Assembly: GCF_009914755.1 (NCBI RefSeq)
Contig: NC_060927.1
Origin: the human T2T-CHM13v2.0 reference genome, Homo sapiens
Length of the DNA: 64,000 nucleotides
Direction: 5' to 3' (one strand)
Notes under the pieces: model-generated
What the model was told of the DNA's origin: nothing
Seen by the model: only the letters and a program-made list of their open reading frames with translations
The model's database searches: none
Shown here: positions 14,125 through 27,929 of the stretch, piece by piece
How the letters are laid out: every line of letters starts with the position of its first letter
Numbering within the stretch: position 1 is the first letter of the stretch
Translations under genes and position numbers: made by a program

Positions 14125-15724
14125 TTAAAGTTATCTGTAGGTACAAAGCTGTGAAAATATTAAAGTTGTCCCTGTTTCTTTCCCTTCTGTCTGAGATCAC
14201 AGCCCTACTCTTTTCTTTCACATATTTTGCCTAGTCTTCTACTTGTTTGCAATGGGAGTGCATATCCCAATACCTGTTATTTCTTCATGGGCAGAAGTGG
14301 AAGTGTCCAGGGAACTGGTCATTTCATATATTACACTTTCCTGTTCTATAACTTCCATTTGCTTTCTTTTACACTTTTCATTTCCCTCTGATGTTTTCCA
14401 TGTAATCATTTATTATGACCATATTAAGTCCATACACCTATTGTAATAGCTGCTTCAAGTTCTTTTCTCCTTATTTCAACATCCATCTTGTCTCATAGTC
14501 TACTTCTATTGATTATCTTTTCTGCTGACCTTGGGTTATATTTTTCTGGTTTGTTGCTTATTTATTTTCACATGCCTAGTAATTTTTTACTATACTGAAC
14601 ATTGCAGATGAAATAAAATTTTGTGATCTTTTGAAGCATGTTTGTGTCCTAGCAGGCACATACATTACTGTCTGGTCACCTTTAACCAGTGATGTCTTAG
14701 TTTTTACATTGGTTAGTATGGGACTTCTTATGTTTGCCCTTATTCTCAAGACAAAACCTCAGTAAAATACTTTCAAGGCATGATCCTCTCCTGGGCTTCC
14801 GGTGAGAAGCCTCATATGTTTATCTGGTCTTCCTAACATGGTTTGGAAGTTTTGCGGTGAACATGAGCTTAAACCTGTGCTTTCACCAGATCCTACAATC
14901 TTCTCTTTGCATGCACAGTTCAGGGTTCACCTTTGGATGTAAGGGGAGAGTATACACAAATTTGAGAGCATCACTCTCCACCATCTCCCTCTTTCATATG
15001 GTTCTCCTCTCTATTTTAAGTCACTCTGGCCTCCCTGAACTCCACCCTGAGACACCTCATATCAATAAGATTGAGTTTTTTCAGCTGAGGTCCTAACTGC
15101 CTCACACTGTATGGATTGCGGTGCTCCCTAAGGGAAAGAAAGCCTCACCCCTGCAGATTTCCTCTGGTAAAGCGCCGTTCATTCAATACATGCATCCCCT
15201 TCAGTTTTCCCTGCTTTTATTTGCTTGCCAGTGCCTTTAAAGAAAAATAAACAAATAAGAAATCTTCTTCCTAGAGTTTACATGTTTTTAAAGTGTTTGA
15301 TATAAGCCGTTCTCATTTTTTTCTATTTATTTGCTAAAATGATGCATATAAAGCTGACTGCCAGCTTCTAGAGAATTCTTTCTATTACAAATAAGTATTG
15401 TATATGGACAGATTTAACATTCAGTCATAGCGTTAAAATTTTTTAGATTCTCTAGGTTTTCTTTCTTTTATATATTAAAAGCATTGTAGAGAAAAAGTTA
15501 CAGTATTAACTTTTCTTTAAATTGTCTTCTCTTTCTTAATTAGTCATTCAGACTGAATTAATTCCTTAACCTGAGGGAAACCTACAATCTTGTCCTTCTG
15601 AGATTTTCTAAAATAAATTGGAATAAGAAAGAAATACAGGTATACCAAAAAGGATTTAACTTACATGTGTGTGTATTCATTTATAGTATTTAGAAATAAG
15701 CCCTTATTTTTTCACTTAAGAAGT

Positions 15725-15850
15725 TATATATATATGTATGTGTGTGTGTGTGTGTGTATACACACATACATATATATACATATATATATATACACACACA
15801 CATATATATACACACATATATATATATATACTATATACTGGCATATATAT
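15725..15850. repeat. Compound (TG)/(TA)/(CA) microsatellite
   Basis: Direct read. Confidence 0.93.
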
Positions 15851-16056
15851 GCCAGAAAGACAGTACAAAATATCTATATCTGTATATCTTTATGAAATGG
15901 ATTGGCTGAATATAATTGTTCTAAGTGAAGGATAACTAAGATTGTCAAGTAACTGTCAAATAACGTATTTTCCTTTCATAGTTTTTTTTGGTTATCTTTA
16001 GTAATAAATACTAAATTCTTAAGTAGAGCTTTCTGTTTCTTTTTCTTCCTAGTGAC

Positions 16057-16096
16057 TATCTGTTTGCCAGATATTTTATCTGTTTGCCAGATATTT
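16057..16096. repeat. Perfect 20-bp tandem duplication tatctgtttgccagatattt x2
   Basis: Direct read. Confidence 0.93.
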
Positions 16097-17829
16097 GGGG
16101 GATTTATTTCCTTATAGGGAAGTAAAAAATTACAAGCATACGATATAACCAAGCTCATGTCATGACAATCACAGTTATGCACTGAACAATTGAACTGTAA
16201 CTTAAAATAATAAAGTTAATGATTATTTTAAACCAAATAGAAAATTTCACTTAATTTCCCTATCATTTATAAAAGTCTGAGTCTTCAGATGGGTAATGAG
16301 TACCTTTTAATTTACTATTTAGCATTTCATACAAGTGTTTTCACATTTTTCTATGAGATAAAAGTAACCTAGAAAATAATATATCTATCTTTTGTTCAAA
16401 TAGTTGGAATATGCTGTACTCAAAATGTAATTATAAAAATAGAATTACAGAAATTCTATTTTTTGTGTACACACACACACACAAATCACAATTCAACCTA
16501 GAAAAGGCTATTTGTTCTTCAGAGATTTATTTCTTTTTAATATCTACTCTTGTACTGAGAAGCCTTCTAATTGTTTCTTTAATTACTCCTTCGTATCTAC
16601 CTTAACATCTTGTCTGATGCCCTTATCTACACAACTGTTATTCCTTAGTTGAGAAGTGATTTAGTGATGGCTAATCTTCTTTTCTGTTTCAATTTACACT
16701 TTCCCATTGTCTATTCAGAACTGGAAACGGCACTTGAAGTGACTCAAACTGTATCACATTTCCCCTTTGTTTTAATTAAATCATGTATTGGCATTTGATG
16801 TAATTTATGGTTGAGAATTTTAGATTTGTACTATGCCAGACCATGTATTGTTTCATCTATTCCTTCTCAGTTTAGCCTTCCTTCCAGAAAGTTCCATTAA
16901 GGAACCATTAATTAAAACATTGTAAAAATGTAACACGCTGCCTTACACTGGCGTAACATTGGTGTTGTTCTTTTCTGTGCAGTTTCCTATGGTAAGATGA
17001 CTTTTACATCATAGTGTCCATAATTCTGCATCATTGCATTTACAGACACAAAAATGCAATCAAATACATTCAGATATATATCCATTAAGCAGCGTGTCAT
17101 ATAACCAATTTACATTGACTTAAGAGTTTTAGTTATCTTGCTTAATAGTATAGTTATTGCTTCTCTAATCATTTGGCTTTTCACGCTTACATTACATAGT
17201 TGGTTATAATATGTGGAACAGCTGCAAACTTTCACGGTAATAGGTACAATCGAATCTGATGTGTCTAATTAATTTTTAGTCCAACAAATTAGTTTTGTTC
17301 TTCATTACTCTCCAATGGGATGAAGACATTATATTTCATTATATTTTTTTGTCTGCAAGAACAATGGAGCATTACAGGTCACACACATCCCTTGTCTATG
17401 CTCTAATTAGTCCAACTGACAACATTGTTTCAAAAATACCAGCAGCATAAAAAATAGCAATACACCTTGAGTAACATAAATATTGCACCTTAATAAAAAT
17501 GAAATATTATGGATCCTTTACAAAAATGAAGGCCAAATTTTCTTTTCTCTTTGTTCAAGAAGTTATTTGTTTTCTTTCTGATAATTCCTAATAGTTAAGG
17601 AAATCACCAGATAGGTGTATGTCTCATATTGAAAATATGAGCTCATTTTAAATACAGCTTTGACTATGTTTAATAATTATATGTATAATAATATATAATA
17701 TTAAACATATAATAAATATATGTATAATAATTAAAGGCAGACATAGTGGGAAAATGAGCCAGATTTACTACATAAATGACGCTGGTTTTTAAATCTGAAA
17801 TTTAATACAAAAGACCTTTCAGGAATGGA

Positions 17830-18260
17830 TTATAAGTATGTATAAGGAAATGCTAGCAGCTATAATAAAAAAGCCTGAATTTTGAAAAGATTAACAAAAT
17901 AAAATTTTATTTCTAATTCACAGCTCAGACCAATATGGGTCAGCAGAATGGGAAATGGAGTTTCTACTCCATACCGTTATTCAGGGGTTTTGGATCTTTC
18001 AAATCATAGCTCTGCCATTTCTTGGAAGCTTAACATCCTCCAACAGATCCCCTGTTTCTGTCCAACAGTGAGGAAAGAGAGTTTCAAGTCAAGGCAGTGT
18101 TACGGATCAGGCCTGGAGGGTCGTGTGCACTTTTTGTTCCTAGTTACCACTGGCTAATGCTCAGTTACTTTTTTGAACTCTGCTGCAAAAGATGCTAGGA
18201 AGTGTAGGCTAATTTTCTGCCTTGGAAGAAAGGAGAAGCAGTGAGGTAAACAAGTGAATT
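17830..18260. mobile_element. Probable old MaLR/ERVL-type LTR
   Basis: gctataataaaaaagcctgaa...ttaacaaaataaaattttatttct...ctgcaaaagatgctaggaagtgtagg resembles MLT1-like LTRs. Confidence 0.45.
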
Positions 18261-19596
18261 GAGATTTGCAGGATTCTCAAATCTAGATAATTTATCACTC
18301 ATGACACTGAGGTTGACTGAGAAGCCCTTAAAGCAGCCCTTAAACTTACATGGGTCATAATTTTGAGTCAAAAACTACATATTAGCCTCCACTTCAACCC
18401 TCCCAAAATATATGAAGTAGACAATACTGGTGCCAACTAATTGACAGGGGCTCTAGAAGATTTAGTGCCCTATATAAGCTTACTGCTTACTTAGCTAGTA
18501 AGTGGCAGAGTGGTTTCATCAAAATCATGACTTCAAAGATCATGATCTTTTTAACATATTACAGTGCTATAGCTAAAACAAGGAAAATCCCACACATTCC
18601 TTTGATGTGATATGCTGAAATGTGCCATTTATATTTTGCTTACCATTTACCTTTTAAAAGTCTTTCATTAATCACTAATTAGGCATGATATTAACATTAG
18701 AAATCACTTAATTCCCAGCATCTACATTTCTTAATCTGCTAAATAAGCCAATAAATCTTATGATTCCACAAGTTTAAGACCTATTTAAAATGTAGATTGA
18801 GATTTTCTTAATTATCTGAGAGGCCTAAATTTTCCAAACATGACTAGTTCTAGAATAATCTTAGTTCAGATTTAAATGCATTTCTCAGTAATGGAGACCT
18901 CAAAGTTAATTTTTAAGTTGTTCTTTAAATTTAGCTTTCAAATGGATTTTCAAATTAGTTTCAGATACTTTAAGGGAATATATGAGTTTCATCTTTTTCA
19001 TATTTTAATTATACACGCTGATCTCTGTGAAGGCTGTTTACATAATTGTCATTGTTTTGTATAGTAGTTTTAATACTTCCCAGAAAATTAAAGGATATTG
19101 GCTCAAAATAAGTTCTTTGGTAGAATATTAAGGTCAACATTAAGTTACATGTTCTTGTGAATTATGAACATTTGGAATATGGACCGTGCCTTAGCAGAAA
19201 AGCAATTTGCAAATACCCCATGTTAAAAGTTGTAATTGCTTTCTTAAAAATGAGAACTGTATTTAAAAACACTTGATGTAATTCAAGATAAGTTATTAAT
19301 TCAACTCCTAGTACTTATTTTTATAATTTATAAGGTGATAAATCAACTACGTTGTGAATCCATCCATAGCAAACCACAACACAAGAGGTCAGTGTTCTTA
19401 ATCACATTTGCAAACTCACGATTTGATTATTCTTTTGAAAATTATGGGCTATGCTTATCAATACTTGTGATAGGCTCAAAACTAAACAAGCATTTCCTGC
19501 CTTCAAATAATTTTTCTTCATTTTTGATGCACCATGTTTATATTCCTGTGCTTATTTTCGTTTTAATATATACTAATACTATGGTTTTTTCCATAG

Positions 19597-19779
19597 GGAG
19601 ACGCAATGAAGTTGTCATTACTGAAAACAATAACAGCATAACTGAGCAAATCACTGATGTGGTGAAGCAACCAGCCTTTATAGCTGGTATTGGTGGTGCC
19701 TGCTGGGTAATTCTGATGGGTTTTAGCATATGGTTGTATTGGCGAAGAAAGAAGAGGAAGGGACTCAGTAATTATGCTG
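19597..19779 (+). CDS. ROBO2: ROBO2 exon (183 nt), juxtamembrane stalk plus transmembrane helix ([23 protein letters not shown]) and basic stop-transfer RRKKRK
   Basis: Acceptor ttttttccatag|, donor GCTG|gtaagt; hydrophobic helix followed by a polybasic cluster; symmetric phase 1. Confidence 0.98.
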
Positions 19780-21285
19780 GTAAGTGACTATTTCCAGCTA
19801 AGAAAATCTCTTGTCTGTAGGAATGTAATGAAATGAATGGAAGGAACAGAAAGGAATAACAAATGAGTGATTTGGGCTTATTTTAGAAACCTGCACTGTA
19901 AAATGCAATTACACTCAACATGCTTTAATGCATTGCTCTTGACCTATCGCTTTATAACCATAAGGCAGTCTGTTTGCTTGTAGCTCCAGTGAAGCATAAC
20001 AAGAGCACAGACTGATAAAAATGCTTAACTGTTTTTCTCAACTAGTTCTTTGAAATCATAAACTCAAACACACACACACACACACATGCACACGCAGACT
20101 ATGTGTTACATGCTATGAAGCCATGTTTGAGAAGTGGATTTATGCATGAGCATTACTTCAATGTTCAGGAAAGAAGAAAAGTTTGAAATATAGCTTTTAG
20201 TGTGTCAGGATGCAGATTACAATAGGAAATGTCCCTCGTGAAAAATACTGACAAGCAAAAATCTCACCAGAATTGATAAGACTGATGAGGCATGAATTAA
20301 GTGATTTACTGTTCACTTAAATAGACTCTTATTACAATGCAAATGAACAGTATTTTAAAAGAAAAGGAAAACGAAGAAAAAGAGAAAGAAGCCGAAGCAG
20401 AACAATAAAAAGAAGACCCTAGATGGTCTACATCTTCACAACAATGTTTTCTTCTTAGACTCCAAGACAGAGTTTCAAGGGTGTCCTATAATGTGGCCTT
20501 CAAAATATCTCCATGGTAGAGAGAGAAGAGAGAGAGGACACACAAAATTGTAAAGTCAGTGATTGAGAGAATGAACTCAATACTGAAGCAATGTTCAATT
20601 ACAATTTTAAGTGCACTTTATTTTAAATATTTTCTCCAACAACAATGATAAGAAATATCTCACAACATTTCACACTTTCTAGAATTAATAAGGGAGCAAT
20701 TTTAATTTGACATTATTTTACAAATATGTAAGAAGTTTTTGAGACATTATATTCAATCTTGTATTCCTAATATTAAATTTGGTAGGAAGCATAAATGTCT
20801 TAGTAACTGATTTTGACAGAGGCGTCATTGATTATTAAGCTTTTACGATGCTGTGGCTTGTAGGCTCCTAAACTGCTGAGAATGTGGAAATAGTGCAAAA
20901 TGCTAAGTATAGCACTGACTTGGTTGCCTTGTTTGTTATTTGATGCATTTATATGTTTATGATCATTTGATTATAGCATTGTAGCTTGTGTCTATATCTT
21001 ATGAAGTTAAAATTTATTAGTTACTTGTTAGAAGACATTTCCAGGACTAGAGAAAGTACTACAGCATATCCATTGACAAGAGGCTTCCATGTTTGGTGAC
21101 ATGCCATCATTTTGCCATTCTCATTTCTCATTGGTTGCTGCCTCTCTGCTTCCTCATAATTTGTCACCCAAGTGCTATATCACTTCAACAGTGAAGGATT
21201 CTTTGCAGAAAGGGGTGCTAGGCAGTAACTGAGTGTCAGAGTCTGGAAAATTAATGATACTTTAATGTACCTTCTTGTTATGCAG

Positions 21286-21312
21286 TCCGGTTCTCTGCCT
21301 TCATCGCTGAAG
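21286..21312 (+). CDS. ROBO2: Candidate 27-nt alternative microexon adding VRFSAFIAE between ...NYA and VTFQR...
   Basis: Acceptor ccttcttgttatgcag|, donor GAAG|gtattg; 27 nt, open in phase 1; position and length match the 9-aa VPSFTFTPT segment recalled in ROBO1. Confidence 0.55.
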
Positions 21313-23370
21313 GTATTGCCCATCAACCTTTCTGTTTAATCAGCCACCATGTCATATTACATCTCTGTGATACACTCGTATAAATCATATGAAATATAAG
21401 GAAGAACTGATTTAATTCATGGACTATTTTGTGTTTATCCCTTTGCTTGATGTTAGCAATGATAATAAAAAATTGACTGTGCTGGTCAGTTCGGTGCAAA
21501 GTTCTAATATATTCACATTTGGAGTGTTGCATTTTTATCTTCCATACTTCTTCATTCACTCACTCCTTATAAATAAAATATCTCTCATAGTTGGTAAGTT
21601 TATACTGTTAGTAAAATTACACCAGAGAGACTTTTCTTCTTTTTTTTAACAGCAATTCTTTGCACAACCTATGCACTTAAATTGAAAATATATGTTGATC
21701 ATTGAGCTTGACAAGAATAGTGCATTTCCTGTTACAATTTTTTATTGTTATTGCTACTCATCTGCTTGTAGACGAACTGCTAACTCAGAAGGTGCTATGC
21801 CCTTCAGGTGTTTTGGAGTAAGGCCAAGCCAGAGAGAAGCCTTTCAGAAGTTTTTTACTTAACTGATAGATGGCTCACTATGAAGATAACAGATTTTATG
21901 AAGCTCAGTAAATATAAACAATTTAATATGAGTGAGCAAATTATGTGAAATGCTAAACACTTCACACATAGGTCTTAAAATCATCAGTGAAATATACATT
22001 ATTAGACAAAACCATCCAAGGCACTTAAAAGATTTGATGGATTTTTTATACTCTGATTATCTGGGCTGAGTTAGTGCTTATTAAAAAAGGATTAATCTGC
22101 ATTCATATTTGAGAAACAGCTTATCGGGAAAGGGAATGAGGCTTGCCTGCAACAGTAAAGTTTCTATTTGGAGTAGGAAAATGTGACCTACTAAAGATAG
22201 GCACTCTGAAAGCTTCCTCACTCAAAATGTCAATTTGCCACAGTTATGTTTTCTCCTCCTCTACCCCAGTTGTAGCAGGCATGAGATTAGGATTCATCCT
22301 GTGAGGTAATATTAGAGTTACTTTTTGTATGTTATAATCTTGCGAAATCTCTTTACCTTATATTTGTGTAAAAATTGCAAGAAATTCAAAATATTTCATG
22401 CAATTCAAAAACATTTTAAATTGTGGTGTCTGCAGAACTTTTTGGAAACCTTAGCCCTATTCAGTTAGTGTAAGCTAAAATATTCTGTATGTAACTCCTT
22501 GAAAGTTCTTAATTTTAGATGCTAACAGAGACTTTTGATTGAGAGTCACAGTTATTCCATATGTATCTCTAATAAGCACAAAGTTACTACTCTGTGATTA
22601 TCAAAATTGTGACAAGAGCAAGATTGTCTGACCACCCCAACCCTTCTTACAGCTTCAAGGCAAACACTTATTTGAAATGAGAACTACCTCAAAATAGCTT
22701 TCAATTTGCTCTGGAATTTGATTTGTATGTTCATCTCTCTGCACACAGACACACAAAATGCTGATCAAAACACCAGATATGATTTCCATTTTAGGAGTTC
22801 TAATTGTTCATAGTTATTTGTAGTCTGCCCTAAATCTCATGATCTAATAGAAGTTAGTTACTTTTGATCTACTTTTCAAAATAGAACAAATCTAAAAGTT
22901 TTGAAGCATAAAGTAAAAAATGAAACTTGAAAAAGTGTTCCCTGTTTTTCCCTTGCTTTAAAAACACAACTAAATAACCCATTAAGATAAGGGTTTTTAA
23001 AAAAATTCTGACAGAAACAATACAAAATGGAAATTTAGATTGTGTACTAAATTGTATGTGAACCTTTTTAAGGTCATCAAATATTTACATAATGTGTGAA
23101 GTTTTGCCTTTGTATACTTAATATGCAGAGATACAGAGATAAGTGTCTTTATAGAATATTTTGACACCCTATTAGCAGTCTAGAATCATTTGAAAAACAT
23201 ATTTTAATGATGACGGGAACAGAAACAGAAAATAGATTGTCCCAAATGCTTAATAAGAAATATTTTTAAATTTAAATTATTTTGCTCACAGCATTTAATT
23301 TTCAATTGCCAGATATGGGCCATACATACTATAGTGTTCATACTCTAACAAGTTTGCAAATTAACTTTAA

Positions 23371-23697
<327 letters not shown>

Positions 23698-25987
23698 TCA
23701 TGATATATTTTTTATAGGGTTTTCAGTGTTCTATTATAATACTTTAAACTTTACATGTCATGAAGAATTTGCCACTGGTTCATGTATTAAAGTTAAGGGC
23801 CACTCAATGTTTGTACCTCTGTGTCTGTTGTCCTCCTTTTCTCTAATATTATTTATTGCTCTGGCAGTAACAGAAAGTTTGAATGGGACAAAAGAGCATC
23901 TAAATTAGGGAAAACTACTTAGCTTCTCACATATCTCTTGAACAGCACATTTTGAGGTGTAACCCATGAGCATCTGCTTATTTGCATATTCACAATGATA
24001 TTCACACCATTATCTTAACTCTCTTTTAACAGACTAAAACAATCACTTGATAGTCCATTAAAAAAAAAAAAAACACAAACTAGAAAGTCACATCAGATGG
24101 AAAGCTAATTAGCTATACTGTTTTCACATTGCATGTGTACTAATCAGGCATTTATTTAATATCTCCAGTGCTCAATTTTTTGCATTAATTATTTCAGATT
24201 AATTCTTTTTTGTTAAAAGCAGTTATTAAACGGGCACAATGTGGGACAGATGCACTGCTGATTCCTGATTTCCCGCATTTCAGTGAGCCTTTTCATCTTC
24301 TCTGAGCATGTGCCTATAGCCAGTGTTGAGCAGATGCAAAGGTTATGTCAGGATTGTTTTGCAATGCATTTGAGATATTACACATAAAATTGATAAGGCA
24401 GTATATTTCAGGTACCAATAAGAAGTTCCTAAAAGCCCTGATATGCTTTACTGTCTCATGAAGACCCTTGGAGTTTAGAGTCATATTACCTGATTATGAT
24501 AGCATGAGAGATAATATTAGTAGATAACCTTAAAGGAGGGACTTCATTTGGAAATGTGTAAAATTTAAAGAGCGATCATCATATTTGATAGCCCAAACTT
24601 GAGAACAGAGGAGTTATGGAGAGTTATTCAAAGTAAGAAGTATTCACTATGTGTATATATATTAAGTGGCAATATATCCTCTATTTACTTACAGTATGAA
24701 TCAACTAATTAAATTTCATTTATTTTCACCTGTACTCACCACAGGAAAAAAAATCATAGTAAATATAATCAACCCCTTCCAAAGATAGGGTTTATTGGGT
24801 TCACAGCTGTGAAAATAGTATTTTTTTTCCTTCATCCCGGTGATTGGTTTAGCCAATCCACATTAATTGTGGTCAGAATTGCAGGTTTATTGCACTTTTG
24901 CAAGCTGTACACTTCTAAACACCATGTTTCTTTTTAAAAATAATTTTCTAGTTAACTAATTTAATGGCAAAATTTGATCCAAACTAATGTGAAGCTACTT
25001 GTAGACTTTATCCTACTAATCATGGATATTCACATTCCACTGCAGAAAAACTAAATAACTTTGAATACAGTTTACTGTCTCAGAACCTCTTTGTAATATG
25101 CAAAGTATATTACTTTTCTCAATTCTGAATCATTCTGGAGTCCAGATCCATTTGGCTGCAAAGGTTTGGGTAATGGATGATGGACCTGAACTGATAATAA
25201 CATTCTTTGGCCAGTCCTTAAAATCCACTTTCATGTTGTTAGGTTTGTAGGCTTGAAACTATCGGCTGGAGAGAGTGGCTTCACTGGCTGTGGCTCTGGT
25301 GGATGCTTATTGGTGTTGCTAATAAGTTCCATAGTTACATGGAGGATTCAACTTTTCTGATCACTACATACAATTAGGAATATATTCAGTATCAATTATT
25401 TGAAAATTTCATTTTCATGAGCATGTTATTCTCTATTAATTATAGTTCACACCTGTTGTAATTATCACTGTTTATGAGGGTCATAAAAGGATTTGTGATG
25501 GTGAAAAATCTGTAGTCAATAAGTATTTGTTTTTCTTGTTTCATTAGAACGACGTAACATGTTGGAACTTTCCTGTTTCAATTTATATTATGAGTGTTTT
25601 GTCTTATGCCTTCTAATTAGGACACCTTTGTTGTAAAATTAAAAATCTTGATTTGATAAATTCACAATAATGCTACGTTGATCTTGCAATACCACTATAT
25701 ATACTAATTGTAACAGGTTTGACATTTAAATACAAATTAGTTCTTTAACTTAACCATGGATTTGGCTTAAAGAATTTGAAAATGTCCTATTAAAATTGGA
25801 GCAAATGATGGCTTTGCCTTGGGCCAAACCACTGCTTGTTACTCTCTGTACAATGATGTTAATTATATTTTGTTAAAATTCCCAGAGGCCTCAGCTCTAA
25901 ACTAAGGGCCAATATGTAGTTGTTATTAATTGTAATTAATATTGACTACTTGTGTGTGCATGTCTTCCTTTTTTTCTTTTTTCATAG

Positions 25988-26030
25988 TTACGTTTCAAAG
26001 AGGAGATGGAGGACTAATGAGCAATGGAAG
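25988..26030 (+). CDS. ROBO2: ROBO2 exon (43 nt): (V)TFQRGDGGLMSNG(S)
   Basis: Long polypyrimidine tract ending ttcatag|, donor GAAG|gtatgc; phase 1 to 2. Confidence 0.95.
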
Positions 26031-27468
26031 GTATGCTACGGAGATTGTTTCATTATTATTTTTATTTTTAATCAGGACTGGGGAAACTCTATAGTAAGAG
26101 CCTATTATTGTAATAAATGATCACTTAAAAGTCTGAGAATTCTAGGAGGAATTAAATGGCTTACCACAAAGTTTAATGATCTATCTGTTGTGCACTTTAG
26201 AGGAATCAAGTCCAGATGTTTCATAACTCCCAGATGCCCCTGAAGAAATTAGTAGTAAATATCACATGGAATGTGTTCATTTGTTAGCAGGATGTTTATT
26301 GCATTAATTAGACATTAGCAAATGAAGTTGCTGTTGTTTAAGACTCCTTATAGGCTCTCACTAAATTGCTGTGAGTGAACAATTACACATAATCGATCAC
26401 AAAGTAAATGATTCATGGATGATGAATAGGCTATAGATTGATAGGACTGGATTCCACAACTTTGGATATTCAATTGAAATTGATAAAAGCTGATAACAAA
26501 CTCATATATCCTCATCTATTTTCCCTTTGCCAATATGGAGATTGTAATTAGGCTCTGGTAATAACTTCCAATCTCCCATTTAATCAATATTTTAGCAAAA
26601 AGAGATTAAGTCTAATGAGAGTTTGTGGATGTAGCAAGAAAGCGGTTGGGTCTTCTTATTGCAGTTTCCATAGAAACACATGTTTCTCTTAGGGATTGTA
26701 CCAGAAGGGGTCTATCAAAAGAAAAGTGCAATGATTATAGATGTTCTATTTCTGTGTAAATATGCTAGTAATCTGGAAAGGAATCAGAATCTCATCTTTT
26801 ATATTAAAGAAGGAAGTTCTTTACTAAATATGACGTGAAGGAAATTTTACTTATAGACTATACTCACATGCTGGATCAGATCACAGTGTATCTTTTATTA
26901 CCTTTAAAAAAAACCCTTAATATACCCCTGATATTTTGCAATTTAGAACTTGGAAATGTGCTATTTATGGAGCAGTATAAATACTGTTCATTAATTTCAC
27001 TTCAGTTCCTTGCCTCCAAATCAAGCATGAGGGCTCATAACAAGGGTTACAGCCTAGAGGGAACAGATACGTAAGGTAGCTGCAGGAATTGAGGAAGGAA
27101 TAGCCCAAAGTCTTAGAAATGGCTGACATAGAGCAGTCACTTTGAGCAGTTGTTCCCTTGTGGTGCCAATGTATCATCAAACCTTGTTTTGGGATCCTAG
27201 TATGTTACTGATTTCTACCAGTTTCAGGGCAGACACCTGAATTCATCTGGACATTGACAAAATCCCGGGCAAGGACTCCCTGCGTCCACTGTTAATGTAT
27301 GTATAGCCTTAATGAATTGCTGGAGTTCTTTAATTCCAGGGAGTCTACTTATATTAATTTGAAGTCAATGAAAATCTTCCATTTCTTAACGCTTTATATT
27401 GCATGAGACGAGTGTCAAAATCTTGCATTGAGCTCCATGTGTTGATTTCCTTGTAATTTCTGTTTTAG

Positions 27469-27596
27469 CCGTCCAGGTCTTCTCAATGCTGGTGATCCCA
27501 GCTATCCATGGCTTGCTGATTCTTGGCCAGCCACGAGCTTGCCAGTAAATAATAGCAACAGTGGCCCAAATGAGATTGGAAATTTTGGCCGTGGAG
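27469..27596 (+). CDS. ROBO2: ROBO2 exon (128 nt): RPGLLNAGDPSYPWLADSWPATSLPVNNSNSGPNEIGNFGRG
   Basis: Acceptor ttctgttttag|, donor GGAG|gtaagt; Robo-family PWLADSW motif; phase 2 to 1. Confidence 0.96.
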
Positions 27597-27929
27597 GTAA
27601 GTTGTGTTTTTTAAAATAGTGTTATTTGAGTTCTCTCTCTCTTTTTTTTTTTTTGACCTTCCTGGATTTTTTTAAAGAAACATATCAGAGAGTATTTACT
27701 CCCATAATTAAAATCAATGAAACATATGCACTAACAGTGTTGTACATTTGCTAAATATTTTAATATAAAACGATTGTATCTTCATTACCTTGAGTAAAAC
27801 CAAACTTTTAAGGAAGCTATTACTAACCAAGATGATAAATATTTATAATATATATGCTTTCAGGATTACTAGTACAAGATTACTGAACTCAGAGACTATT
27901 TTGTTAACTAGGGCTTATGGTTTTGGACT

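Noticed and set aside
15665-15935. ORFs rich in Y/I/H/T/C/V
   Set aside because: Microsatellite translations
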